Below, one piece after another: positions 1 to 9,325 of a stretch of 32,184 nucleotides of DNA. The notes below the pieces were generated by a model. The model searched no databases, was not told the origin of the DNA, and saw only the letters and a program-made list of their open reading frames with translations. Where the stretch lies: contig JABIHA010000083.1 of assembly GCA_018649885.1 (NCBI GenBank), positions 1 to 32,184 of the forward strand, read 5' to 3'. The position numbers were made by a program, and so were the translations under genes. The DNA is from Bacteriovoracaceae bacterium (GTDB taxonomy: Bacteria > Bdellovibrionota > Bacteriovoracia > Bacteriovoracales > Bacteriovoracaceae). Within the stretch, counting starts at the first letter, position 1. Every line of letters begins with the position of its first letter.

Positions 1-78
1 AAGGAAGAGGGTCAAACAAAATGGCCCGCAGCTAGTAAAAATAGAGTTGAAATGTCGCAGGAAATTTCAACCAATTGA
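1..78 (+). CDS. 3' end of an unidentified ORF (partial, runs off the window start)
   Basis: Frame +1 is open from base 1 to TGA at 76-78 (KEEGQTKWPAASKNRVEMSQEISTN*). Too short to identify. Confidence 0.3.
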   Translation, partial: KEEGQTKWPAASKNRVEMSQEISTN

Positions 79-278
79 CACTGAAATTTTATTTTGACTG
101 AGGGCGTTTTGTAAACGCAAGTCGTGACTACTGCATCTAAATTAAGAGGCAGCAATCATAAATTTGTATATCGATTTTTTTCCTATCCCAACAATATGTA
201 TGGTGTCATTACGGGGTTTGGAGATAAATTTAATAATGATTTTAAGGTTCATGTGATTTGTTTAGGATATCCCAAATG

Positions 279-303
279 AAAAAGGGAAGGCCAATGCCTT
301 CCC
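279..303 (-). terminator. Rho-independent terminator of the EF-hand gene
   Basis: GGGAAGGC-caat-GCCTTCCC 8-bp stem (284-303). The A5 run at 279-283 gives a U-tract on the minus strand, about 40 nt after the stop. Confidence 0.75.
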
Positions 304-340
304 CTTCTTTACTCAAGGTATTTCTCAACTCATTTCTTTA

Positions 341-1318
341 TTAAGCTTCTTCTTCTACTGATTCAACTTCTTCTTCGACTTCAACTACTTCTTCAACTTC
401 TTCGCTTTCGCTTTCTTCAACTACTTCTTCAACTGGCTCTTCAGTGACTTCTTCACTAACTTCTTCAGTAGATTCTTCCTGGTTTTTCTCTGCACGTTTC
501 TTTCTTCTGATTTTTCTAGCTAACCTTCTTTCTAGTGCATCAACTTTTTCATCATCATTTCTATCCATTCTCTCTTTTCTTTCTTCTCTTTTTTCTTTTG
601 CAACAGCTAGCTCTTCTTCACTGATGACTCCATCTCCGTCAGTATCAGCTCTTTCTTTCATTCTTTCTTTGTGAGCTTGGATCTTTTCTTTTTTAATCTT
701 TTGACCTCGGGCCCATTCTACTGCAGTTATTTTTCCGTTTCCATCAACATCTAGTTTTTCTAGTCTATGTTGGTGTACTTTCTTAGCAAGCTTTAACTCT
801 TGAGGACCGATTTCTCCGTCACCATTTCTATCAAAAAGCTCTTTTTGGTGCTCTTTAAACTCTGCTTTTTTATGGTTTTTAATTACTTGTCCTCTTTTGT
901 GCTCAAAGGCCCCAATATGACCGTCACCATTTAGATCAAGCTTTTCTTTTCTTACTTCTCTAATCTTCTTTTCAAGAGCAAGTTCTTTTGGTCCGATTTT
1001 GCCGTCATTATTTCTGTCAGCAATTTGCTTTCTTTTCTTTTTCCACTCTAATCTTTTCTTCGCTATTTTCATTTTGGCACGTTTGAATTCAATCTTTTGG
1101 ATTTTTCCATCACGATTTCTGTCCATTTTTCTTTTAGCGATTCTGGCCCTTTTTCTTTCTCTTGGACCAATTTTTCCATCATTATTATAGTCTTTCTTAT
1201 TACGAATTCTTTTGTGTTTTTTAGCATGTGCAACTGCCCGCTTATGGTTGTGTTTTGGGCCAGCAAATACGCTTGTACTAATAAGGACTAGTGCTAGGAT
1301 TAGGCTTAAAGTTTTCAT
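341..1318 (-). CDS. Secreted EF-hand (DxNxDGxI) repeat protein, Lys/Arg-rich with an acidic tail
   Basis: Signal peptide (MKTLSLILALVLISTSVFA), eight DxNxDGx(I/V)xxxE-like loops, a Glu-rich C-terminus and a GGAG RBS. Confidence 0.8.
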   Translation of the reverse strand: MKTLSLILALVLISTSVFAGPKHNHKRAVAHAKKHKRIRNKKDYNNDGKIGPRERKRARIAKRKMDRNRDGKIQKIEFKRAKMKIAKKRLEWKKKRKQIADRNNDGKIGPKELALEKKIREVRKEKLDLNGDGHIGAFEHKRGQVIKNHKKAEFKEHQKELFDRNGDGEIGPQELKLAKKVHQHRLEKLDVDGNGKITAVEWARGQKIKKEKIQAHKERMKERADTDGDGVISEEELAVAKEKREERKERMDRNDDEKVDALERRLARKIRRKKRAEKNQEESTEEVSEEVTEEPVEEVVEESESEEVEEVVEVEEEVESVEEEA

Positions 1319-1504
1319 CGTTTGTACTCCTTGTTGTCTTGATATTCTTTTTCAACGTCTCAAAGAGTTACACGCGGCTTATGCAGATAAGTTTCAATTA
1401 ATCCAAAAATAGTTACTAATCCTATAATTACAGCAAGTTAGGGCTGAGTCGTGCTGCCAACTTTTCTTGGCAAAGAAGCTTATATTAGGTAAAAATCAAG
1501 GCCC

Positions 1505-2563
1505 ATGGATCACTTATTAGAAAACTACAACTACCACCTGCCAGAGCATTTAATAGCTTCTAGGCCTGCAGTTCCACGTCATAGTTCAAAACTTATGATT
1601 TATGACCAGAGAACTGGTGAGGTTCATCACACAAGTTTCGACAATATTCATCAATTTCTCCCTCAAAACTCTTGCATGGTATTTAATCAATCAAAGGTCT
1701 TCCCCTGCAGGCTTCGTGGGAAAAAATCTACTGGTGGCTCGGTGGAAGTCTTTCTTTTATCACTTGAGCCTACGGACGGCGACGCCTACCCCTGTCTTGT
1801 TAAGACCACCAAGAAAAAAAAGATTGGGGAGAAGTACTATTTCGATGGAGGGCTTGAGGCCCAATTAGTGGGTCACCATGAAAGAGAAGATAGTGGATCC
1901 TTTCTAGTGAAATTTTCTACTGGTGAGCTATTAACCTGGCTTGAAGACTACGCCATGATTCCCATCCCTCCTTATATTAGAAAGGGTGAATCAGATCTAA
2001 GAGATCGCAGTGATTACCAAACTATTTATGCCAAAAATCCTGGCTCAGTTGCAGCACCTACGGCCGGGCTTCACTTCACAGAACTTGTACTTAGTAATCT
2101 TGAGTCTAAGAAAATAGACACAGCTTTTGTCAATTTACATGTAGGGCTTGGAACCTTTTCTAAGGTGGGAGTCGAAAATATACACGATCACAAAATGCAC
2201 CACGAGAGCTACTTCGTAGATAGCGAGAATCTGGAAAAGATAAGCAGTCGTAAAGGCTCGCTTGTTGCTGTGGGAACCACAAGCCTAAGAGTTCTTGAAA
2301 GCTCCTATAATATAGACATGAACCCTGCGGAGATGTATTCAACAGATATATTTCTCCATCCGGGAGTTGATGTGAAATCCATCAAGGCCTTGGTCACTAA
2401 TTTTCATTTACCAAAGTCTAGCCTTCTGATGCTTGTTAGTGCTCTTATTGGTAGAGAGAAAACTCTTGAGCTTTATCGTGAGGCCATAGAAAATGAATAC
2501 CGCTTTTTCTCCTACGGAGATGGAATGTTAATTTTATTAGATAGGGGAGAGCTCGGTGAGTGA
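1505..2563 (+). CDS. queA: S-adenosylmethionine:tRNA ribosyltransferase-isomerase
   Basis: Motifs YHLPEHLIA, PIPPYI, YQTIYAK.PGSVAAPTAGLHF, LHVGLGTF, VGTTSLR.LES, TNFHLPKSSLL, YRFFSYGDGM. Adjacent to tgt. Confidence 0.98.
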   Translation: MDHLLENYNYHLPEHLIASRPAVPRHSSKLMIYDQRTGEVHHTSFDNIHQFLPQNSCMVFNQSKVFPCRLRGKKSTGGSVEVFLLSLEPTDGDAYPCLVKTTKKKKIGEKYYFDGGLEAQLVGHHEREDSGSFLVKFSTGELLTWLEDYAMIPIPPYIRKGESDLRDRSDYQTIYAKNPGSVAAPTAGLHFTELVLSNLESKKIDTAFVNLHVGLGTFSKVGVENIHDHKMHHESYFVDSENLEKISSRKGSLVAVGTTSLRVLESSYNIDMNPAEMYSTDIFLHPGVDVKSIKALVTNFHLPKSSLLMLVSALIGREKTLELYREAIENEYRFFSYGDGMLILLDRGELGE

Positions 2564-3689
2564 TTTTTTTACCTTAGAGAAAACCTCTGGAAAGGCCCGT
2601 GCAGGAAAGTTTGTTACCTCTCACGGAGTTGTTGAAACTCCTATCTTTATGCCTGTGGGTACAAGGGCCTGTGTGAAAATGCTGACCAGTGAGGACCTCG
2701 AAGAGCTTGGCGCTCAAATTATTCTGGGGAATACCTATCACCTATATCTAAAGCCTGGACACGACATTGTTGAAGAGTGTGGGGGATTGCACGGCTTTAT
2801 GTCTTGGGATCGACCGGTTTTAACAGACTCTGGTGGTTTTCAAGTTTTCTCACTAGCAGATATCAATAAAATATCAGAAGAAGGCGTTCAGTTTCAAAGT
2901 CATATTGACGGCTCAAGGCATATGATTACCCCCGAGAAATCCATGGAAATTCAAAGGGGTCTTGGCTCTGATATTGTCATGGCCTTTGATGAGTGTCCTG
3001 CTCTTCCTTGCACTGATGAGAAAATGAGAGAAAGCGTTGAATTAACTCTTCGCTGGGCCAAGCGGTGTGCGGATGTAAAATTAAAGTCGCACCAGCACCT
3101 CTTTGGCATTGTTCAAGGTGGGCTCGATGTTGATCTAAGAGTGGAGTGCATGAATCGACTTCTTGAGATCACAGACGCTGATGGCGAGAAGGCCTTTACT
3201 TCCCTTGCTATTGGTGGCCTTTCAGTAGGTGAAAAAAATGAGCAGATGTACCAATTCCTTGATGAGTTTACTCCTCAAATGCCTCAGAATATGTCTAGAT
3301 ACCTAATGGGTGTAGGAACGCCTGTTGATTTAATTAAGGCCATTGGCTCAGGTGTTGATATGTTTGATTGCGTGCTACCCACAAGGAATGCAAGGAATGG
3401 ACAGATTCTGACAAATCGTGGACCCATCAATATAAAAAATGCCAAATTTGCAAAAGATCAAAGTGCACCTGATCCTGACTGCTCATGCAAAGTTTGTAAA
3501 AGGTACACCAAGGCCTACTTGCGACACCTACAAACAGTTGGGGAGTTTACCGCCAGTCGACTTATTAGTTACCATAATCTTTATTTCTATCTCGACTTGA
3601 TGAAGAGGGCACGGGCCGCAATTTTTGAGGACCGTTTTCAACAATTTTTACAGCAATTTCTAGAAAATTATCTATCGTCCAAAAAATAA
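2556..3689 (+). CDS. tgt: tRNA-guanine transglycosylase
   Basis: TPIFMPVGT, ILGNTYHL, LTDSGGFQVFSL, GIVQGG, RYLMGVG, DMFDCVLPTRNARNG and the CxCxxC...H Zn site. GTG start overlaps the end of queA. Confidence 0.98.
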   Translation: MSDFFTLEKTSGKARAGKFVTSHGVVETPIFMPVGTRACVKMLTSEDLEELGAQIILGNTYHLYLKPGHDIVEECGGLHGFMSWDRPVLTDSGGFQVFSLADINKISEEGVQFQSHIDGSRHMITPEKSMEIQRGLGSDIVMAFDECPALPCTDEKMRESVELTLRWAKRCADVKLKSHQHLFGIVQGGLDVDLRVECMNRLLEITDADGEKAFTSLAIGGLSVGEKNEQMYQFLDEFTPQMPQNMSRYLMGVGTPVDLIKAIGSGVDMFDCVLPTRNARNGQILTNRGPINIKNAKFAKDQSAPDPDCSCKVCKRYTKAYLRHLQTVGEFTASRLISYHNLYFYLDLMKRARAAIFEDRFQQFLQQFLENYLSSKK

Positions 3690-3710
3690 AAAGTGTGGAT
3701 AGCTTTATGG

Positions 3711-5027
3711 CTAAGAAGCTTTTTTTGTCGGCTTCTTATCATTGTAGCGGCGATTCACAGCTCGCTGGAGCCTGCTATTGAGGTCAGGATACTTTTCAAT
3801 GATTTGAAGAAAATCTTGCTTCTCAAATGAGTAGAGATCACAGTATGTTGCTGCTCTAATATCAGCGGTCCTTGTACTATCTTGGAGCAGGGCGATTTCA
3901 CCAAAAAATTGTCCGGCCTTGAGAGTTACCAGGACTTGCCCTTCATCACCAAGAACTTGCACACTGCCATGACCTATAACAAAGAGCTCAGCTCCATGGT
4001 CACCTTTTTTAATAACTGTGTCTCCTGGAGAGTAGTGGAACTGCTTGAGTGAGACGGCCACTTCTTTCATACATTTTAGAGAGACTCCATTAAATAAGTA
4101 GACCCCACTTAAAAGACGCAACTTCATAAAGAGTTTGAGCTCTTCTTGAAGTGCTATGGGAAGCTCTGAGATAATTTTAGTATCATTATCCGACAGCCTC
4201 TTTTCACTCAGGTGATTATAGTATGAGAATACTTGTTTTTGCAGGACTAGGGGGACCTTGTAGTGATTCATCAAGGCCGCAATGTCTTGCATTTTCTCAC
4301 GGTGCTTTTCTTTGTGCTTATCGGCCGCCAAAATGATTCTAGAAATTTGACCAATCACAACACCATAAAAACCAACTCCTAAGATCATGATGAAAATAGT
4401 ATAGATTCTTCCTACATTGGTGGAAGGAGTAATATCTCCATAGCCAATGGTCGTTAATGTAGTGATGGCCCAGTAAAAACTTTTATTATAATGGGTGTAC
4501 AGATCAGCATCAGCTGCAGCTGGATAAATAACCATCCATCCACAAGCTAGTACATGGCAAATTGCCATACAACCGATTAAGGCCAGGAATAATTTAATTG
4601 TATTTGGTAGGTTTACAATGAAGATTGACTTTGAAGTTTCTTTAATAATTCTGACTGCCTTAAAGGATCTGACAAGTCTTAGAAGCCTAAGGTAGCGAAG
4701 AACATTATAGGTAACGGCACCACCGGCCAAGTAGGCCACCAAGTCAAAAGGGATACAGCCAATACTATCAATCCAAGGCCACATGGTTTTTATATAGGGC
4801 TTTTCTCCAGTTTCTTCATTATGCTCTTTGGGTGACCAGTATTTTATATTGAGATACATATCCACCATGAATGCGATTGTGATCAGGCCATCAATGACCA
4901 CTTGGTAGGACTTTAATTCAAAATGAAGTGCAAAATCGAGGCTTGCGTAGATGCTTGTATATCCCAAAAGGGCCAAAATAAATGCCTGCCAGAGTATGTA
5001 AATGATGGAGTCTGTTTTATGGTGCAT
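3711..5027 (-). CDS. Cyclic nucleotide-gated potassium channel (SthK-like)
   Basis: Multiple TM helices, S4-like RYLRLLRLVR, selectivity filter TTIGYGD, C-linker and a cNMP-binding domain (FFGEIALL...RTADIRA). Confidence 0.93.
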   Translation of the reverse strand: MHHKTDSIIYILWQAFILALLGYTSIYASLDFALHFELKSYQVVIDGLITIAFMVDMYLNIKYWSPKEHNEETGEKPYIKTMWPWIDSIGCIPFDLVAYLAGGAVTYNVLRYLRLLRLVRSFKAVRIIKETSKSIFIVNLPNTIKLFLALIGCMAICHVLACGWMVIYPAAADADLYTHYNKSFYWAITTLTTIGYGDITPSTNVGRIYTIFIMILGVGFYGVVIGQISRIILAADKHKEKHREKMQDIAALMNHYKVPLVLQKQVFSYYNHLSEKRLSDNDTKIISELPIALQEELKLFMKLRLLSGVYLFNGVSLKCMKEVAVSLKQFHYSPGDTVIKKGDHGAELFVIGHGSVQVLGDEGQVLVTLKAGQFFGEIALLQDSTRTADIRAATYCDLYSFEKQDFLQIIEKYPDLNSRLQRAVNRRYNDKKPTKKAS

Positions 5028-5233
5028 GCAGGCCTTTATTCAACAAAGATTTTTGACTCTAACTTATCGAAATTTTAGGGGAAAACTTTAATATTTGCTT
5101 TTCTTAACCACTGCTTCATTTTTAGTGGTCCTAAGTCGTTGGAAACGGACAACTTTGTCTTTCTTATTTACGGTCCACAAGGTATAAAACCAAAAAAGTT
5201 GTTTTAATAATTTTGTATTAAGGAGATTTATAG

Positions 5234-5569
5234 ATGTTTGCACAAGCCTATGCTCAAGCCGCTGGCAGCGCCGCTGCACCAAGTCCACTAGTTCAATTCG
5301 CACCGCTAGTTCTGATATTCATCGTGTTTTATTTTTTCATGCTAAGACCGCAGAAAAAGAAGCTACAAGAAGAGCAAGATATGCTTAAGGACCTTAAAAA
5401 AGGCGACGAAGTTTACACTAAGTCAGGACTTTTAGGTAAAGTTCACGGATTAACCGACAAAATCATTACTATGGAAGTTTCAGAAGGCATGAGGGTCAAA
5501 ATTTTGAGATCTCAAGTTGGTGGACTTGCCAGTAAAATATTTGAGAAAAAAGAGCCTACTAAGGCATAG
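5234..5569 (+). CDS. yajC: Preprotein translocase subunit YajC
   Basis: FYFFMLRPQKKK...LKKGDEVYTKSGLLGKV motif, AGGAG RBS, located upstream of secDF. Confidence 0.96.
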   Translation: MFAQAYAQAAGSAAAPSPLVQFAPLVLIFIVFYFFMLRPQKKKLQEEQDMLKDLKKGDEVYTKSGLLGKVHGLTDKIITMEVSEGMRVKILRSQVGGLASKIFEKKEPTKA

Positions 5570-5590
5570 TTACTAATAGGAGGACGGCAC

Positions 5591-5875
5591 TTGTTTGGAC
5601 TTGGAATTGCTGAAATTTTAGTTATTTTAGTTTTGGCCCTGATATTTATTGGGCCCAAAAAGCTTCCAGAAATTGCCGTCAACTTGGGTAAGGGAATTCG
5701 CGAATTTAATCGTGCCAGACAAGGTATCGTGGATTCCATCAACACTGTTAAAAACGATGTGGAAGAACAAACCAAATCCATACTTGATGAAGAAGTCCAC
5801 AGTGAAGATACAAGCAGCGACCATGCTGCAACTGCTAAGACTGACGAGAACAAAGATCCAGAACGAAGAGAATAG
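5591..5875 (+). CDS. tatA: Twin-arginine translocase TatA/TatE family subunit
   Basis: MFGLGIAEILVILVLALIFIGPKKLPEIA..LGKGIREF. TTG start with AGGAGG RBS. Confidence 0.9.
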   Translation: MFGLGIAEILVILVLALIFIGPKKLPEIAVNLGKGIREFNRARQGIVDSINTVKNDVEEQTKSILDEEVHSEDTSSDHAATAKTDENKDPERRE

Positions 5876-6007
5876 TAAACCTTCATAATTAATTGGCCAG
5901 TAGCAACTCCATCCTTTAATATCAATGAAGTACGTCTGAGACAGACGTAGGGGTAGTGGCTCGCCACTAGCACAAATTTATCAATCCACTTTCTAAGGTG
6001 ACGAATT

Positions 6008-7714
6008 ATGAAACGCGAGTGGTGGTATCGCTTTACCTTTTTACTTGTAGTAACAGCAATCTCTTTGGTGACTATTGTTCCGACGGTTTTTGACCTTCGT
6101 GAAGAATCATCTTTTCCCGTAAAATCCAAAATCAATTTGGGCCTAGACTTACAAGGTGGCCTCTACATGGTTTTGGGGATCGACTTTAAAAAAGTCTATC
6201 GTGATGAGATCAAAGGGCAAGTCCAAAAAATACTCTACTCTATCGGAGAAGAGGGTGTGAAAGGGGAGGTAGGAGATCTAGATATAAGTAGTCTTGATGA
6301 TCCTAAGCATTCATTTGTTTTAACTTCCGCTTCTCAGGCCCAGCAGGCCAAAGATGTTATTAAAAAATATTATGGGCAGGTGGTCAGACTGACAGGTGAA
6401 ACAGGAACAACTCTTCAGTATGGATTAAATAATTTATACAAAATAAGAATTGAAGAACAGTCAGTGACTAAATCAATTGAAGTTATCAGAAACAGAATTG
6501 ATGAGTTCGGTGTGACAGAGCCTGAGATTATCTCTCAAGGAAGTGACAGAATTGTTGTTCAACTTCCCGGTGTAAAAGATATTAAAAGGGCCAAGTCGCT
6601 TATTGGAAAGACTGCAGTTCTCGAGTTCAAGTTAGTCAACGACGAGTTTGGACAAGCTAAGCTCGATGAATTGGTCAAAAAAGTAGAAGACGGAGGCCAC
6701 ATCTTTAAAAAAGGCATGCGTTGGTCGGATTATCTATTAGAGATGAACCAACAGCTTAAGGCCGATCTTCCCAAGGGATTTGAGCTAACCTTTCAAAAAG
6801 AAATTAATAAGATAACCAATGAAATCACCTCAAAGCAACCGTTTTTAGTTCAAACAGTTGCTCCTCTAACTGGTGACGACATTCAAGACGCCAACGTTCA
6901 AATTGATCAGCAAGAAAATAAACCAGAAGTTGGTCTTACTTTCAAGGCCTCAGCGGCCAAGAAATTTGAAGAGCTCACAGGAAATAATGTGGGTAAGAGA
7001 ATGGCGATTATTCTCGATGGTAACCTAATCACTGCTCCAGTTCTTCAATCGAGAATTGGTGGAGGACGGGCCAGGATTACTATGGGCCGTGGTAATTACC
7101 AAGACACACTAGATGAGTCCAATGAAGTCTCCATGGTTTTGAGAGCAGGTGCTCTACCTGTTCAGCTTGATTTTGAAGAGCAAAGGGTAGTGGGACCATC
7201 GCTTGGAAGTGATTCAATTGAGAGGGCGAGATACGCATCTCTCATTGGGTGTTTGTTAGTTTTTATCTTTATATTAGTCTATTACAAAATCTCTGGTGTC
7301 ATTGCTATTACTACACTGTTTTTGAATATTCTCTTTATACTCGCTTGTCTTGTAGGGCTTGAGGCGACTCTAACTCTTCCAGGTATTGCAGGGATTGCAC
7401 TAACTATCGGTATGGCGGTCGATGCAAACATCATTATATATGAGAGGATTCGAGAGGAAAAAAGAAGGGGCGCAAAAAATATCAATGCCGTCTCAACTGG
7501 TTTTGCTCAGGCCTTCTGGACCATTATTGATGCCAACATCACAACCGCACTTGCAGGACTGATGCTTCTCAATTTTGGAACTGGGCCCATTAGAGGTTTT
7601 GCCGTAACTCTTTTAATTGGAATTGTGGCAACTGTTTATACATCTTATTTTGTAGGACATATTTTCTTTCAATTTTATATGGATAAAGTTGAAGGGAAAG
7701 ATCTTAGTATTTAA
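6008..7714 (+). CDS. secD: Protein translocase subunit SecD
   Basis: NLGLDLQGG, IRNRIDEFGVTEP, VQLPG, LRAGALP, VGPSLG, LTLPGIAG..LTIGMAVDANIIIYERIREE. Confidence 0.98.
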   Translation: MKREWWYRFTFLLVVTAISLVTIVPTVFDLREESSFPVKSKINLGLDLQGGLYMVLGIDFKKVYRDEIKGQVQKILYSIGEEGVKGEVGDLDISSLDDPKHSFVLTSASQAQQAKDVIKKYYGQVVRLTGETGTTLQYGLNNLYKIRIEEQSVTKSIEVIRNRIDEFGVTEPEIISQGSDRIVVQLPGVKDIKRAKSLIGKTAVLEFKLVNDEFGQAKLDELVKKVEDGGHIFKKGMRWSDYLLEMNQQLKADLPKGFELTFQKEINKITNEITSKQPFLVQTVAPLTGDDIQDANVQIDQQENKPEVGLTFKASAAKKFEELTGNNVGKRMAIILDGNLITAPVLQSRIGGGRARITMGRGNYQDTLDESNEVSMVLRAGALPVQLDFEEQRVVGPSLGSDSIERARYASLIGCLLVFIFILVYYKISGVIAITTLFLNILFILACLVGLEATLTLPGIAGIALTIGMAVDANIIIYERIREEKRRGAKNINAVSTGFAQAFWTIIDANITTALAGLMLLNFGTGPIRGFAVTLLIGIVATVYTSYFVGHIFFQFYMDKVEGKDLSI

Positions 7715-7737
7715 TTAACACGTAAAGGTAAGAAGAT

Positions 7738-8667
7738 ATGTTTGAGATAATCAAATCAGGTACAAAAATTAAATTTACGGGTATGTTTAGATTTACGGCG
7801 CCTATATCTATACTACTAGTTCTGGTTTCACTCTACCTGGCTTTTGGAAAAGGCTTGGAGTACGGAGTTGATTTTAGAGGTGGGGCTGAGATCCAGGTTA
7901 AATTTAGTAATGCCATTGAAACTAAGAGTCTTCGATCAGCTCTAACAAGTGCTGGTTATGGCGGGGCACTTGTTCAGACTTTTGGTGTTGAAGGTGACAA
8001 TGAGTACTTGATTAAAGTTAAGGCCGATGAAAAAAATCTCAACGGCGTGACTGATAAGATTTCCTCCCTTCTTGTAAGTACTTTTTCGGGTGATGGAGTT
8101 GAAATTAGAAAGACGGATATAGTTGGACCTAAAGCGGGTGCAGAGCTTAGGAACTCAGGTTTCCTTGCAATGTTTTACGCCCTTTTGGCGATTATGATCT
8201 ATATTGCTATTCGGTTTGATTTTAAGTATTCACCGGGTGCGATTTTTGCTCTATTTCACGATGTCTCGATTATTTTGGGGATCCTCTCCCTATCAAGTTA
8301 TGAGTTTTCTCTTCAAACTGTAGCTGCCCTTTTGGCCGTCATTGGTTATTCGGTGAATGATACGGTGGTCGTTTATGACCGGGTGAGGGAGCACGAGGAA
8401 AAATACGCGGGAAGATCTCTTAAAGAGCATATTGATAATGCTATTAATGAGACACTGAGTAGAACCATTCTAACATCATTTACAACTCTATTTGTTTCAC
8501 TGGCCATGTTTTTCTTCGGCGGTGTGAGCATCGAGGGTTTCTTTTTTACCATTAGTCTTGGTGTGATTATTGGAACTTACTCATCTATCTTCGTGGCAGC
8601 TCCAATAACTTTACTTACTGATAAGTTAAGAGGGACTGGTGGCACAGTGGAGCCAAAAGCTAGCTAG
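7738..8667 (+). CDS. secF: Protein translocase subunit SecF
   Basis: GVDFRGG, VGPKAGAEL, HDV, IGYSVNDTVVVYDRVRE, ETLSRTILTS, GTYSSIFVA. Confidence 0.98.
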   Translation: MFEIIKSGTKIKFTGMFRFTAPISILLVLVSLYLAFGKGLEYGVDFRGGAEIQVKFSNAIETKSLRSALTSAGYGGALVQTFGVEGDNEYLIKVKADEKNLNGVTDKISSLLVSTFSGDGVEIRKTDIVGPKAGAELRNSGFLAMFYALLAIMIYIAIRFDFKYSPGAIFALFHDVSIILGILSLSSYEFSLQTVAALLAVIGYSVNDTVVVYDRVREHEEKYAGRSLKEHIDNAINETLSRTILTSFTTLFVSLAMFFFGGVSIEGFFFTISLGVIIGTYSSIFVAAPITLLTDKLRGTGGTVEPKAS

Positions 8668-8691
8668 CCTTCCAGAAACTAGGATGAAGAC

Positions 8692-9312
8692 TTGACCAGA
8701 ATATTTCCCATCCTCTTTTTGCTATATCTCTTTGCAGGGCCGGCAATACTATTTTCACAAACAGCAGAAGATGAAGATCAAGCGGACATTGAAAAGCTTC
8801 AAAACCAGATGAAAAATACTGCCGAGATTATGGAGCAGCTTAAGGGGCAGGTTGAAACAGATGAAGACGGCAATCCCATAGTAAAAAAGGGAGCAGCGGG
8901 TTCAGGGGACTCTTTAGCACATTTAGACAAAATGGACCCCAAGCAACTTAAAGAAACTTTCCTATCTAAAATCCCCAATCCCAAGGCCCAAAAATTTCTT
9001 AAAGAGCACCCAGCATTTTTAAATTTTCTGGTAAAATTTTTGAAAAATAAGCCGGCACGAGACGGCTTTATTAGTATTCCCTCAAAGAAAAAGCAATTGA
9101 AGATCTTTGGTGGGGCATCTCTTGCGATCTTTATCATAGGTTTTATTTGGAACGCTAATGTTCCAAATGATGCGGGGATTTTTCGCAAAATTTTTAGAAA
9201 ATTAGTTATAAGCGGCTTCACAACCGTTTCCATATTCTGCTCATTTGGGTATATATTCCGAGTTGAGTTGATGCCAACGTTTAACATGATTAGATCAAGT
9301 GTTGGTTTTTAA
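8692..9312 (+). CDS. Hypothetical membrane protein
   Basis: 206-aa ORF in line with secF. N-terminal signal/TM segment and two C-terminal TM segments. Confidence 0.7.
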   Translation: MTRIFPILFLLYLFAGPAILFSQTAEDEDQADIEKLQNQMKNTAEIMEQLKGQVETDEDGNPIVKKGAAGSGDSLAHLDKMDPKQLKETFLSKIPNPKAQKFLKEHPAFLNFLVKFLKNKPARDGFISIPSKKKQLKIFGGASLAIFIIGFIWNANVPNDAGIFRKIFRKLVISGFTTVSIFCSFGYIFRVELMPTFNMIRSSVGF

Positions 9313-9325
9313 GGATTAAATCTTT

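Noticed and set aside
96..159. Two imperfect hairpins on the minus strand in the first intergenic region
   Set aside because: No recognisable RNA family or promoter context; could be ordinary terminator-type structure between convergent genes.
5512..6135. 207-aa antisense ORF, and similar shadow ORFs such as 8799..9287, 11534..11914 and 19921..20268
   Set aside because: Antisense to well-supported genes, with no independent coding signal.
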